From NCBI GenBank assembly GCA_039800485.1, contig JBDLQR010000463.1, positions 1 through 34,151 on the forward strand: a stretch of 34,151 nt of DNA. Direction: 5' to 3'. This document shows positions 16,970-26,867 of the stretch, piece by piece. The notes beneath the pieces are model-generated. The model saw only the letters and a program-made list of their open reading frames with translations. It had not been told where the DNA came from and ran no database searches. Position 1 is the stretch's first letter; each line of letters begins with the position of its first letter. The stretch is from Pseudomonadota bacterium. Lineage in GTDB: Bacteria; Pseudomonadota; Gammaproteobacteria; Ga0077536. Both the position numbers and the translations under genes were made by a program.

Positions 16970-19554
16970 GCCACCACTATATTCACGAGTCGACCCGGGA
17001 TCACCACCACCTTGCGTACCGTGAGACCCTCGAGGTGGCGCGCGACCTGCGGATCGGCCAGTGCGGCCGCTTCCACGCTCGCCGTGTCGAGATCCGCCGG
17101 CACTGCGAGCTCGGCCCGCTTCTTGCCGTTGACCTGGACCACGATATTGAGCTCGTCACGAACCAGGGCCGCGCTGTCAGCCACCGGCCATGGCGTATCA
17201 AGCAGGGAGCCGGGGGCGTGTCCCAGCGCCTCCCACAGCACTTCCGTGGTGTGCGGCACGATGGGGGCGAGCAGCAGCACACAGGTCTCCAGACCCTCCT
17301 GCTTCACCGCCCGGGTGGCGTCGTCAGCCGCGGCAGCCTTCTGCAGGGCGTTGACGAGTTCCATCACTGCCGCGATGGCCGTGTTGAATTTGTAGCGACG
17401 GCTGATGTCGTCCGTCACTTTCACGATGGTCTCGTGCACGCGGCGACGCAGCGTGCGCTGCGCCTCATCCAGACTGACCGCCGCCACCGCCGGTGCAGCA
17501 CCGACCGATACATGTTCGTGCACCAGGCGCCACAGGCCACGCAGGAAGCGGTAAGCGCCCTCCACGGCCGAGTCAGACCATTCGAGCGACTGCTCCGGCG
17601 GCGCGGCGAACATCGTATAAAGACGCACGGTGTCCGCACCGTACTTGTCGATGAGCGTCTGGGGATCGATGCCGTTGTTCTTGGACTTCGACATCTTCTC
17701 CACCGGGCCTATCTGCACCGGCTGCCCGTCAACGTTCGCGCGTGCTTCGATGACGCGGCCCTTTTCGTCCGTCACCGTCTCCACCGCAGCGGGGTTGAAG
17801 TAGGTCTTCTTGCCGTTGTCCGCCTCGCGGAAATAGGTTTCCTTGCACACCATGCCCTGGGTGAGCAGGCGGGTGAACGGCTCATCGGAAACGGCCAGAC
17901 CCGCATCGCGCATCAGCTTGTGGAAGAAGCGTGCGTAGAGCAGATGCAACACGGCGTGCTCGATGCCGCCGATGTAGATGTCCACCGGCATCCAGTAGCG
18001 TGCCCGCTCATCCACCATGGACTCGGCATCCGGGCAGCAGAAGCGCGCGTAATACCAGCTGGATTCGAAAAAGGTGTCGAAGGTGTCGGTCTCGCGACGC
18101 GCCGGTGCCGCAGACCCCGGAAGGGTGGTCTCCAGGAAGGACTTCATCTTGAAGAGCGGGGACGACACGCCCTCCCACGCCACGTCTTCCGGCAGAACCA
18201 CCGGCAGCCGGTCGGCAGACTCGGGCACCAGCTGCCCGTCTTCGCCATACACCACCGGAATGGGGCAGCCCCAGTAACGCTGGCGCGAGACCAGCCAGTC
18301 GCGCAGCCGGTACTGGACTTCGCGCGTGGCGCGGCCGTCCGCGCCCAGACGGTTGGCGAGGGCGTCGAAGGCGGCGGCAAAACCGAGGCCGTCGAATTCC
18401 CCGCTGTTGCAAAGCACGCCCTTGTCGGTAAAGGCAACGGCTTGCACGTCCACTGCCGTTCCGTCCTGCGGCGCCACCACCTGGCGGATGGGCAGGCCGT
18501 AGAGCGTGGCGAATTCGTGATCGCGTTCATCATGTCCGGGTACGGACATCACCGCGCCCGTGCCATAGCTCATGAGCACGAAATTGGCGACCCAGACCGG
18601 CACATCTTCACCCGTGAGCGGATGCCGCACGGCGATACCAAGAGGCATGCCGCGCTTTTCGAGCTTCTCGAGCACCGCCTCGGAAGTGGAGGTCTGGGCG
18701 CAACTTGCGATGAAAGCGGCGACTTCGGGACTTGATTCTGCCGCGCGGCGTGCAACCGGATGTTCGGGCGCCACGGCCATGTAGGTCACGCCGTGGAGCG
18801 TGTCCGGGCGGGTGGTGAAGACTTCCAGGTCGCCTGAACCATCAGCCAGCGGAAACCGGATGCGCAGGCCTTCTGATCGGCCAATCCAGTTGCGCTGCAT
18901 GGTCTTGACCGCTTCCGGCCAGCCTTCCAGGCGATCAAGATCGGCCAGCAGTTCATCGGCATAAGCCGTGATGCGCACGAACCACTGCGGGATTTCGCGG
19001 CGTTCGACCAGCGCGCCGGAGCGCCAGCCGCGCCCATCGATGACCTGTTCGTTGGCGAGCACCGTCTGGTCGATGGGGTCCCAGTTCACCACGGCCGTCT
19101 TGCGATAGACGAGGCCGCGCGCATAGAGCTGGGTGAAGAACCACTGCTCCCAGCGGTAGTAGTCCGGGTCGCAGGTGGCGAGCTCACGCGCCCAGTCGTA
19201 GCCGAAACCCAGGCGCTGCAACTGCCCGCGCATGTAATCAATGTTCGCGCGGGTCCATTTTGCCGGCGGAACGTTGTTCTCGATGGCCGCATTCTCGGCC
19301 GGCAGGCCGAAGGCATCCCAGCCCATGGGCTGCAGCACGTTCTTGCCCAGCATGCGCTGATAGCGCGAGATGACGTCCCCGATGGTGTAGTTGCGGACAT
19401 GCCCCATGTGCAGCCGGCCGCTCGGGTAAGGGAACATGCACAGGCAGTAGAACTTTTCCCGGGAAGGGTCCTCGCGGACGGCAAAGGCCTGGGTGTCATG
19501 CCAGCGCTGCTGGACGCGCGGCTCGATATCAGCCGGGTTGTATCGGTCTTCCAT
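16966..19554 (-). CDS. leuS: Leucine--tRNA ligase.
   Basis: Class I synthetase motifs HMGH ([11 protein letters not shown]) and KMSKS ([11 protein letters not shown]). ORF 16966-19632 trimmed to ATG 19554 ([18 protein letters not shown]...). Confidence 0.97.
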   Translation of the reverse strand: MEDRYNPADIEPRVQQRWHDTQAFAVREDPSREKFYCLCMFPYPSGRLHMGHVRNYTIGDVISRYQRMLGKNVLQPMGWDAFGLPAENAAIENNVPPAKWTRANIDYMRGQLQRLGFGYDWARELATCDPDYYRWEQWFFTQLYARGLVYRKTAVVNWDPIDQTVLANEQVIDGRGWRSGALVERREIPQWFVRITAYADELLADLDRLEGWPEAVKTMQRNWIGRSEGLRIRFPLADGSGDLEVFTTRPDTLHGVTYMAVAPEHPVARRAAESSPEVAAFIASCAQTSTSEAVLEKLEKRGMPLGIAVRHPLTGEDVPVWVANFVLMSYGTGAVMSVPGHDERDHEFATLYGLPIRQVVAPQDGTAVDVQAVAFTDKGVLCNSGEFDGLGFAAAFDALANRLGADGRATREVQYRLRDWLVSRQRYWGCPIPVVYGEDGQLVPESADRLPVVLPEDVAWEGVSSPLFKMKSFLETTLPGSAAPARRETDTFDTFFESSWYYARFCCPDAESMVDERARYWMPVDIYIGGIEHAVLHLLYARFFHKLMRDAGLAVSDEPFTRLLTQGMVCKETYFREADNGKKTYFNPAAVETVTDEKGRVIEARANVDGQPVQIGPVEKMSKSKNNGIDPQTLIDKYGADTVRLYTMFAAPPEQSLEWSDSAVEGAYRFLRGLWRLVHEHVSVGAAPAVAAVSLDEAQRTLRRRVHETIVKVTDDISRRYKFNTAIAAVMELVNALQKAAAADDATRAVKQEGLETCVLLLAPIVPHTTEVLWEALGHAPGSLLDTPWPVADSAALVRDELNIVVQVNGKKRAELAVPADLDTASVEAAALADPQVARHLEGLTVRKVVVIPGRLVNIVVA

Positions 19555-19615
19555 ACGGGTGCTGCTCAGGGTGGCCGGCGAGAATACCGCAGCGCACCCC
19601 GGCGGCGAAAGCATC

Positions 19616-19648
19616 GCAAAAAGCGCCGGCAAGGCAGACCTTGCCGGC
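19616..19648 (-). terminator. Rho-independent terminator downstream of the ComEA-like gene.
   Basis: The minus strand reads GCCGGCAAGG-TCTG-CCTTGCCGGC, a perfect 10-bp stem at 19625-19648, followed by GC-TTTTT-GCG (complement of 19616-19624). Confidence 0.6.
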
Positions 19649-19682
19649 CAAAGCGCGCGGCTGCGCGCAGGGGGGGGGTGAG

Positions 19683-19964
19683 TCAGGGCCGGGATTTGCC
19701 GACAGTCAGCCGGTCGCGGTTGCGATCCAGCGTGGCCGCCCCGATGCCCTTGATGAGGACCAGATCATCCAGCGAGGAGAACGGTCCATTCTCCTCGCGG
19801 TAATCGACGATGGCCTCGGCCTTGGCAGGCCCCACGCCATCCATCGCCTCGGCGAGGGTCATGGCGTCTGCGGTGTTGATGTCTACAGGGGTCTCGGGCG
19901 CCGCCACCGCGTGGACGGCATAGCCGAGGAGCAGTGTGGCGAGAACATTGCGCACGGATTTCAT
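19683..19964 (-). CDS. comEA: ComEA-family helix-hairpin-helix DNA-binding protein (exported).
   Basis: 93 aa with signal peptide [22 protein letters not shown], then [51 protein letters not shown]. This is the canonical ComEA HhH module. Confidence 0.8.
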   Translation of the reverse strand: MKSVRNVLATLLLGYAVHAVAAPETPVDINTADAMTLAEAMDGVGPAKAEAIVDYREENGPFSSLDDLVLIKGIGAATLDRNRDRLTVGKSRP

Positions 19965-20128
19965 GAAGGGTCTCCATCCTTGGAAAGTTGAGTTGAGGAA
20001 TTACCGGCCGCACTTCCTGTGCGACCGGGAGTGACCATAGCGCGCCCGGTGCCTGCATGGCCAGTCACCGGGTCCGCCGGCAGCCGAGATAAATGCAGGA
20101 AACTTTCCCGCGTACGGGAGCGGCCAGC

Positions 20129-20163
20129 CTTTCACGGTTCTGTCACAATGCGTCACACATAAT
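20129..20163 (+). promoter_or_regulatory. Pho box plus -10 element of the phoBR promoter.
   Basis: CTTTCAC-GGTT-CTGTCAC (20129-20146) fits the 18-bp Pho box (two 7-mers at 11-bp spacing; E. coli consensus CTGTCATAWAWCTGTCAY). A third, degenerate repeat CGTCACA starts at 20151. CATAAT (20158-20163) lies 11 nt after the box, as in E. coli pho promoters. Confidence 0.55.
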
Positions 20164-20199
20164 CCGCCCATGCCGAGACGATCCCGCAAAGACCAGCTG

Positions 20200-20901
20200 A
20201 TGGTGGCCGCGCCCAAGATCCTGATCGTCGATGACGAAGAGGCCATCCGTCAGATGCTCGCCTTTGCGCTGCAGGGTGAGGGTTACGAGTGCAAACAGGC
20301 CGCCAACATCACCGAAGCGCAGGCGCATATGAGCCGCGAGCGTCCGGATCTCATCCTGCTCGACTGGATGCTGCCGGGCATCAGCGGCGTTGATTTCGTG
20401 CGCCGTATCCGGCGCGACACGCGACTCAACCAGGTTCCCATCCTGATGCTGACCGCGAAGGCCGACGAGGCAGACAAGATTCGTGGGCTCGACAGTGGTG
20501 CCGACGACTACATCACCAAGCCCTTCTCCACCCGTGAAATGCTGGCGCGCGTGCGCGCCACCCTGCGCCGCAAGGGCACGGATACCGGGGGCGAGGTGAT
20601 TACGGCGGGCGCCATCCGCATCGACATGCAGACCCATCAGGTGACCATCAACGAGCAGCCGTTGGAAGTCAGCCCGACGGAGTTCCGGTTGCTGCGGTTC
20701 TTCATGACGCATCCGGAACGGGTCTATACCCGTGGGCAACTGCTGGACGCCGTCTGGGGAGACGCTTCCTACATCGAGGAACGCACGGTCGATGTGCACA
20801 TCCGCCGGCTGCGCAAGCTGCTGGAACCCTTCGGGCTGGAAGAGATGATCAAGACCGTGCGCAGCGTGGGCTATCGTTTTTCACCCCAGATGCAGGCCTG
20901 A
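20200..20901 (+). CDS. phoB: Phosphate regulon response regulator PhoB (OmpR family).
   Basis: Receiver domain (KILIVDDEEAIRQML...LILLDWMLPG) plus winged-helix domain (TRGQLLDAVWG...RTVDVHIRRLRKLL). It is followed by phoR. The start is ambiguous. ATG 20170 lies only 6 nt after the -10 hexamer, so ATG 20200 (MVAAPKILIVDD) is preferred. Confidence 0.9.
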   Translation: MVAAPKILIVDDEEAIRQMLAFALQGEGYECKQAANITEAQAHMSRERPDLILLDWMLPGISGVDFVRRIRRDTRLNQVPILMLTAKADEADKIRGLDSGADDYITKPFSTREMLARVRATLRRKGTDTGGEVITAGAIRIDMQTHQVTINEQPLEVSPTEFRLLRFFMTHPERVYTRGQLLDAVWGDASYIEERTVDVHIRRLRKLLEPFGLEEMIKTVRSVGYRFSPQMQA

Positions 20902-20986
20902 CTCGCGGCACAGCCATTCCGTGCCTGCGCCCGCCGGGCGATAATGAGAGTCCGGTCAGGGACCGGTGAGCGGGAGGATGCGCGGC

Positions 20987-22300
20987 ATGTTTGAAGGGGA
21001 TGTGAGGCGTGTGCTGATGACCGTGGCCCTGGCCAGCGTGGCCGGCCTTGCGTCCAGCCAGTTCATGCTCTGCTACCTCCTGGCTGCCCTCCTTCACCTT
21101 GGCTGGCTCTATCGCAACCTGTCGCGGCTTTATCTCTGGTTGCGCAACCGCTCCACGCTGGATGCGCCCGAGTCGCCCGGGCTGTTCGAGGAAATCACCC
21201 TCGAGATCGACTACCTGCGGGAGCGCCATCGCAAGCGCAAGAAGACTCTCGCCTCCTATCTCCGCCAGTTCCAGCAGGCAACCCGGGCGCTGCCCGATGC
21301 CACCATCGTGCTGGGCGAGGACGGTGAGGTGCAGTGGGCCAACGAAGCCTCGGCCCGCTACCTCGGCATTCGCTGGCCAGAGGACATGGGCCAGCGCATC
21401 ACCAACCTCATCCGGCACCCCAAGGTGCGGGAGTTCGTGCTCGCCAAGCGCACCGAGAGCGCGCTCGAAATTCCCTCCCCGGTCAGTCCCCACCGTTTTC
21501 TCAGCATCCTGCTCGCGCCCTACGGGGAGTCGCGCTGGCTGTTCGTGGCCCGCGACATCACCGAGCTGCATCGGGCCAACCTCATTCGCAGCGACTTCGT
21601 GGCCAATGTCTCGCACGAGCTGCGTACGCCCATCACGGTGTTCCGCGGTTACCTCGAGCTGCTGTATGAGCAGCGCGACATGGCGCCTCCACCCTGGCTG
21701 CCGGCACTGGAGCAGCTGAACGCACACGCCAACCGGATGCAGGAGCTGGTCGAAGAGCTCCTGCTGCTGTCGCGCCTGGAGCAGTCGGACCGCGTGACAG
21801 ATCCCGAACCCGTGCCCGTCAGCGAGATGCTGGCCGATATCCTCAAGCAGGCCCGCATCGTGAGTGGCGCCCGGGAACATCTTTTCACGCTGGAGACCGA
21901 TGCTTCCCTGCGCATCATGGGTGCATCGAGCGAACTCAAGAGCTGCTTCACGAACCTGGTGGTCAATGCCGTCAACTACACGCCCGCGCGCGGGGTGATT
22001 CGCGTACGCTGGTTCGGGGACGCCCGCGGTGCTCACCTCGAGGTCCAGGACAACGGCATCGGCATCGCGGAGGAACACCTCGATCGCCTCACCGAGCGCT
22101 TTTACCGGGTGGACAGTGCCCGCGCGCGCGGCGACGGCGGCACCGGGCTCGGACTTGCCATCGTCAAGCATGTGCTCATCCGCCACGGCGGATCGCTCGA
22201 CATCCGCAGCCAACTGGGCACCGGCAGCACCTTCCGCTGTGATTTCCCCCCGGAAGCCATCGTGCCTCAGACCAGCCTGCCGCTCTCACGCCCCGCCTGA
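20987..22300 (+). CDS. phoR: Phosphate regulon sensor histidine kinase PhoR.
   Basis: Two N-terminal TM segments, a PAS-like region, the H-box FVANVSHELRTPIT, and N/G boxes (NLVVNAVNYT, GTGLGLAIVKH). ATG 20987 sits 9 nt after GGGAGG. GTG 20966 and ATG 20978 are alternative starts. Confidence 0.9.
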   Translation: MFEGDVRRVLMTVALASVAGLASSQFMLCYLLAALLHLGWLYRNLSRLYLWLRNRSTLDAPESPGLFEEITLEIDYLRERHRKRKKTLASYLRQFQQATRALPDATIVLGEDGEVQWANEASARYLGIRWPEDMGQRITNLIRHPKVREFVLAKRTESALEIPSPVSPHRFLSILLAPYGESRWLFVARDITELHRANLIRSDFVANVSHELRTPITVFRGYLELLYEQRDMAPPPWLPALEQLNAHANRMQELVEELLLLSRLEQSDRVTDPEPVPVSEMLADILKQARIVSGAREHLFTLETDASLRIMGASSELKSCFTNLVVNAVNYTPARGVIRVRWFGDARGAHLEVQDNGIGIAEEHLDRLTERFYRVDSARARGDGGTGLGLAIVKHVLIRHGGSLDIRSQLGTGSTFRCDFPPEAIVPQTSLPLSRPA

Positions 22301-22453
22301 GCGCTTCACATTGTTTTGCCATCCCCTGAGAACGGGTTAACGGAACCTCGCCGCGCCCTCACGCATACTGCGTCCTCGCAATGAGGGCTCCAGCACGCTG
22401 GGTCTTCTGACGCTAAACACCAGAATGGTTGGCGACAACAACAGGACATCTCC

Positions 22454-22948
22454 GTGTCAGGCCCGGCAAGACTTCTCGTTCTCTTCATCCTCCTCGCGAC
22501 CCCCTTGGTCAGCCAGGCCTTCGAACCCAGGATCAGTTTCGCGAGCGATCCGGCAGCGGCCCGCTCGGCTGCGCGCCAGGCCGGCGACATGATTCGCTTT
22601 GCGCAGCTGGAGCTGGCCGTCACCCTGGACTGGAGTGATGCGAGCATTGCGGTGGTCGAGGATATGGCAGCCGCGCTGCATGCCGATCTACGTCGGGAGC
22701 GGGGCAGCTACAGCGAGGTCCGGGCGCTGGTGCAGATGCTCGGCTGCTACGTCGGCGAGGTCTACCGGCGGAACCACGGCGGTGAATGGGGCTATGTCAC
22801 CGCCCGTGGGCAGCGTCGCATGGCGCTGCGGAGTGCGGATGGTTCACGGGTGCTCTGGCCCATCGAGCGCGTGACACAGCGTCTGCGCAGCAGCGGCCAC
22901 AATGTGCTCGCCTACTATCAGCGCAATACGGCCCCCACGCCGAACTGA
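22454..22948 (+). CDS. Exported hypothetical protein.
   Basis: GTG 22454 has AGGA 7 nt upstream. Signal peptide ARLLVLFILLATPLVSQA. 164 aa with no family recognised. Coding status rests on the ribosome-binding site, the signal peptide and protein-like composition. Confidence 0.55.
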   Translation: MSGPARLLVLFILLATPLVSQAFEPRISFASDPAAARSAARQAGDMIRFAQLELAVTLDWSDASIAVVEDMAAALHADLRRERGSYSEVRALVQMLGCYVGEVYRRNHGGEWGYVTARGQRRMALRSADGSRVLWPIERVTQRLRSSGHNVLAYYQRNTAPTPN

Positions 22949-22961
22949 GTCTGGAGTGCGC

Positions 22962-24176
22962 TCACACTTCCCGGGCGTGGAGCACGCCACGGGTTTCCAG
23001 CGCACGAATCTCCTCTTCTGACTTGCCGAGCACACCGCCGAGGATCTCGGCATTGTGCTGCCCGAGGGTGGGCGCCTCGAAGTCCTGATTTGCCTCCATG
23101 CCCATGACGCGAATGGGCATGCCGGGGATTTCAAACTCACCGGCCAGGCGATCCTTGATCACCCTGACCGTGCCGCGCGCGCGATGGTGCGGGTGGTGCA
23201 TGGTTTCTTCCACCGACAGCACCGGCGCACAGGGCACGCCGTGCCGCTCCAGTTGCGCAATCGCTTCTTCCTTGCCGGAGAAGCCCGCCAGCCAGGTCTC
23301 GATGAGTGCGGTGAGCGCCTCCAGCCGTGACAGGCGCGTGGGATCGTCCTTGTAGTCCGGATGGTCGATCAAATCCTCGCGTCCCATGGCCCGGCAGAGA
23401 TCCGCCCAGTGGTGCAGGAAGGCCATGATGGTGATGTAGCCGTCGCGCGCCTTGTAGATCCCGGCAGGACAGACATAGGAGAGGTGACGGCCTCCCCGGG
23501 TGGGCTTGAGAGCGCCGTGACTCCCGCTGTACTGGTGCACGTTCACTTCATGGCAGTGGTAATAGGCGTCCAGCAGCGCGATGTCCAGATGCTTGCCGCG
23601 CCCGGTGCGCGCACGGTAGAGCAAGGCTGCCGCCACGGCGAAGGCCCCATGCACACCCGTCATCACATCACCTACCCCGAGCAGAGGCAGCGAGGGGGCA
23701 TCGTGCGGATCGCCAATCATCGACGTCACCCCCGAATAGGCCTGCGCGATGTAGTCATAGCCGGGTTTGGCGGACAGCGGCCCGGACTGACCGAGTGCGG
23801 AAATCGAACAGAGGATGATGTCCGGCTTCAGCGCCTGCAGGGTCTCGAAGCCGAGGCCCATCTCGTCGATCACGCCCGGCTTGAAGTTCTCCACCACCAC
23901 ATCGCACTGCTTCACCAGATCCTTCAGCAGCGTGATGCTCTCCGGCTTGCGGAGATCGAGACACAGGCTCTTCTTGTTCAGACTCTGCTGCACGAAGTAC
24001 AGGCTGCGCTCATTGCGGATCCTGGAGACGCGGCGTGTGAGATCGCCGGCCGGTGCGGATTCCACCTTGATGACCTCCGCACCCATCTCCGCGAACAGCC
24101 GCGTACAGGTCGGGCCGGCAAGCGCACGGGTGAAGTCGAGAATTCGAATGCCTTCGAGGATCTGTTCCTGCGCCAT
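22962..24176 (-). CDS. Family III CoA-transferase (CaiB/BaiF family).
   Basis: Typical N-terminus GIRILDFTRALAGPTCTRLFAEMGAEVIKVE and length (404 aa). Strong AGGAGGAGGG ribosome-binding site upstream of ATG 24176. Confidence 0.9.
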   Translation of the reverse strand: MAQEQILEGIRILDFTRALAGPTCTRLFAEMGAEVIKVESAPAGDLTRRVSRIRNERSLYFVQQSLNKKSLCLDLRKPESITLLKDLVKQCDVVVENFKPGVIDEMGLGFETLQALKPDIILCSISALGQSGPLSAKPGYDYIAQAYSGVTSMIGDPHDAPSLPLLGVGDVMTGVHGAFAVAAALLYRARTGRGKHLDIALLDAYYHCHEVNVHQYSGSHGALKPTRGGRHLSYVCPAGIYKARDGYITIMAFLHHWADLCRAMGREDLIDHPDYKDDPTRLSRLEALTALIETWLAGFSGKEEAIAQLERHGVPCAPVLSVEETMHHPHHRARGTVRVIKDRLAGEFEIPGMPIRVMGMEANQDFEAPTLGQHNAEILGGVLGKSEEEIRALETRGVLHAREV

Positions 24177-24203
24177 GCGCCCTCCTCCTGCTGCTTGCGC
24201 GGC

Positions 24204-24611
24204 TTACTCGACAGTGATGGTGATCTGCTCGGACATCACCGGTGGCTGATGCGGCACATGCGCGAAATCACCCAGCAAGAGCTGCAGCGTATGCTTGCCG
24301 GGCGGCAGGTCGATGGTGGTCTCGGTCTGTCCGCCCCCGAAATGCAGATGCTTGTCGTCCTTGGGAATCGGTTGGGCCAGATCCGGCAGCGGCGCATCCA
24401 CCAGCAGGTGGTGATGGCCGGTGTTCTGGACCTGGGTACCGGCAGGTGCCACTCCCCAGGGCGCGCGCAGACCGAACACCACGCGCACGGGACCCTTCAC
24501 CGTGGTGCCATCGGCGGGTGAGACGATCCAGGCACCAGGCGTGTCGTTGGCAACCAGGGTGGCTGGCAACAAGGCCAGCACCAGCATGACGGTCGTGCAC
24601 AGGGTGCGCAT
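24204..24611 (-). CDS. DUF4399 domain-containing exported protein.
   Basis: ORF 24204-24896 trimmed to ATG 24611 (MRTLCTTVMLVLALLPATLVA signal peptide). Motifs GHHHLLVD and HLHFGGGQTE...LPPGKHTLQLLLGD are characteristic of DUF4399. Confidence 0.75.
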   Translation of the reverse strand: MRTLCTTVMLVLALLPATLVANDTPGAWIVSPADGTTVKGPVRVVFGLRAPWGVAPAGTQVQNTGHHHLLVDAPLPDLAQPIPKDDKHLHFGGGQTETTIDLPPGKHTLQLLLGDFAHVPHQPPVMSEQITITVE

Positions 24612-24774
24612 CGCGATGTTCTCCGGGAATTGATGAAAGGTCGTCTGAGCATGCCAGCAAAGCTGGTCCTTGGGAACGCGAGCGGGCCGCGGGGCACACG
24701 CAGAGGGCCGTTTGCGGGACGGCGGGCAGTCCGTAGAATCCGCCCTCCCCGGTCTCTGCGGCAGTTCCCTCCAG

Positions 24775-26775
24775 ATGCGTGAGCTCAATCCCCCACAACG
24801 CGAAGCGGTCCGCCATGTCGACGGCCCACTGCTGGTGCTGGCCGGTGCGGGCAGCGGCAAGACCCGGGTCATCGCGCACAAGATAGCCCACCTCATCGCC
24901 GCTCATCAGGTAGAACCCGATGGCATCGCCGCCATCACCTTTACCAACAAGGCGGCGAACGAAATGCAGGGCCGCGTGGCGGAGCTGCTACCCAAGGGCT
25001 CACGCCTCAAGCCGTGGATCTCCACCTTCCATACGCTCGGTCTGCGCATCCTGAAGGAGGAGTTCGAATCCTGCGGGCTCAGACCGCGCTTCACGCTTTT
25101 TGATGCCCGCGACAGCGAGGCGGCGCTCGCGGACATCGCGCGCCGCAGTTTCGGTTCCACCACGTTCGACATCGGGGCTCTGCAGCATCGCGTGTCGGCC
25201 TGGAAAAGCGCGCTGCACGAGCCGGAGGCCGTGCCGCTCGAGGAAAAGTCAGACCCGCTCGGCAAGGCTGCGTTTGCCTGCTATGCCGAGTACCTGCGCA
25301 CCTTGCAGGCTTTCAATGCGGTGGACTTCGATGATCTCATCCGCCTGCCATCGCTGCTCTTGCGCAGCTCACCCGGCATGCTGCTCAAGTGGCAGGCTCG
25401 TATGCGCTGGCTGCTGGTGGACGAATACCAGGACACCAATCTCGCGCAGTATGAGCTGGTGCGCATGCTGGCGAGCGCCAAACAGCGCCTGACTGCCGTC
25501 GGTGATGACGACCAGTCGATCTATGCCTGGCGCGGCGCACGACCTGAGAACCTGGCCGCGCTGACGCGGGACTTCCCCACGCTCAAGGTGATCAAGCTCG
25601 AACAGAACTACCGCTCCATGGGTGTGATCCTGAAAGCGGCCAACCAGCTCATTGCAACCAACCCGCATGTTTTCGAGAAGCGCCTGTGGAGCGAGAAGGG
25701 TTTCGGCGAGCGGATACGGGTGATGGGCGCTGCTGATGAATTCGCCGAGGCGGAGCTCGTCGTCAACCATATCAATCATCAACGGGTGCTCCACAGCATA
25801 CCCTTCCGCGACTTCGCCATCCTCTTCCGCAGCAACCACCAGGCGCGGGTCTTTGAGAGCGCCCTGCGCGAGCGGGGGATTCCATACGTCATCTCCGGCA
25901 GCCGATCCTTCTTTGATGCATCCGAAGTGAAGGATGTGCTGTGCTATCTGCGCGCTATCGCGAACCCCGGGGATGACACCGCCCTGCTCAGGATCATCAA
26001 TACGCCACGGCGGGGACTGGGTGCCGCTACCGTCGAGGTGGTCGTGCAAGTGGCGTCCGAACTGCAACGCTCACTGCGTGAAACGCTCGGCACTGCGGCG
26101 CTCAACTCACGTGCCACACCGCGCGTGGCCAGGCTCCTGCAGGAGTTCGGCCACTGGCTCGATCATTTCGAGCGGGAAAGCGAAACGCTTTCACCGCTGG
26201 ACCTTGCGAAGCAGGTGATCAGCGATGTGGGTTACGAGGACTGGCTGGAGCAATCAAGCGAAACGCCCGAGGACGCCACCCGCCGCAAGAACAATGTCTT
26301 CGAATTGCTGGACTGGATCGCGCGCCTGCTCAAGCAGAACCCCGAGCGCAGCCTGAGTGATGTGGTAGCTGCGCTGACCCTCATCGACATGCTCGATCGC
26401 AAGGACGATGAAGAGGATCGTGATGCACTCTCACTCATGACCCTGCATGCGGCCAAGGGCCTCGAGTTTCCGCAGGTGTATCTGGTCGGCTTCGAGGAAA
26501 ACATCCTGCCGCATCGTTCCAGCATCGACGGCGATACCATCGAGGAAGAGCGCCGACTGGCCTATGTAGGAATCACCCGAGCTCAGCAGAGGCTGACGAT
26601 CTCCTGGGCGCGCACACGCAAGCGCTACGGCAAGACGGAGGAGTGCCAGCCCTCACGCTTCCTTGAAGAACTGCCCAAGGAAGATCTCGTTTTTGATGGT
26701 GAAGCCGGCAAGACCACCGACCGCACGGCCGCACGGGCCACCCTGGCCAGTCTCAAAGGCCTGCTGGGTTCATGA
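24775..26775 (+). CDS. rep: ATP-dependent DNA helicase Rep (UvrD/Rep superfamily 1).
   Basis: The N-terminus MRELNPPQREAVRHVDGPLLVLAGAGSGKTRVIAHKIAHLI is near-collinear with E. coli Rep. DEYQDTN motif present. 666 aa from ATG 24775. A TAGAAT -10-like hexamer lies upstream. Confidence 0.9.
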   Translation: MRELNPPQREAVRHVDGPLLVLAGAGSGKTRVIAHKIAHLIAAHQVEPDGIAAITFTNKAANEMQGRVAELLPKGSRLKPWISTFHTLGLRILKEEFESCGLRPRFTLFDARDSEAALADIARRSFGSTTFDIGALQHRVSAWKSALHEPEAVPLEEKSDPLGKAAFACYAEYLRTLQAFNAVDFDDLIRLPSLLLRSSPGMLLKWQARMRWLLVDEYQDTNLAQYELVRMLASAKQRLTAVGDDDQSIYAWRGARPENLAALTRDFPTLKVIKLEQNYRSMGVILKAANQLIATNPHVFEKRLWSEKGFGERIRVMGAADEFAEAELVVNHINHQRVLHSIPFRDFAILFRSNHQARVFESALRERGIPYVISGSRSFFDASEVKDVLCYLRAIANPGDDTALLRIINTPRRGLGAATVEVVVQVASELQRSLRETLGTAALNSRATPRVARLLQEFGHWLDHFERESETLSPLDLAKQVISDVGYEDWLEQSSETPEDATRRKNNVFELLDWIARLLKQNPERSLSDVVAALTLIDMLDRKDDEEDRDALSLMTLHAAKGLEFPQVYLVGFEENILPHRSSIDGDTIEEERRLAYVGITRAQQRLTISWARTRKRYGKTEECQPSRFLEELPKEDLVFDGEAGKTTDRTAARATLASLKGLLGS

Positions 26776-26867
26776 GCGGCAGCCGGCGTCTTGCAGACTG
26801 GACGCCCGCCCCCGTCAGCGCCTAGCATCGAAGCTCGCACGATACCAACGCAAGGGGAGTAACAACG

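Noticed and set aside
15493-24521. Other long shadows: 15493-16482(+), 17035-18735(+), 20849-22213(-) and 23361-24521(+).
   Set aside because: They lie opposite holA, leuS, phoR and the CoA-transferase/DUF4399 genes respectively. All have GC-rich antisense composition without ribosome-binding sites or motifs.
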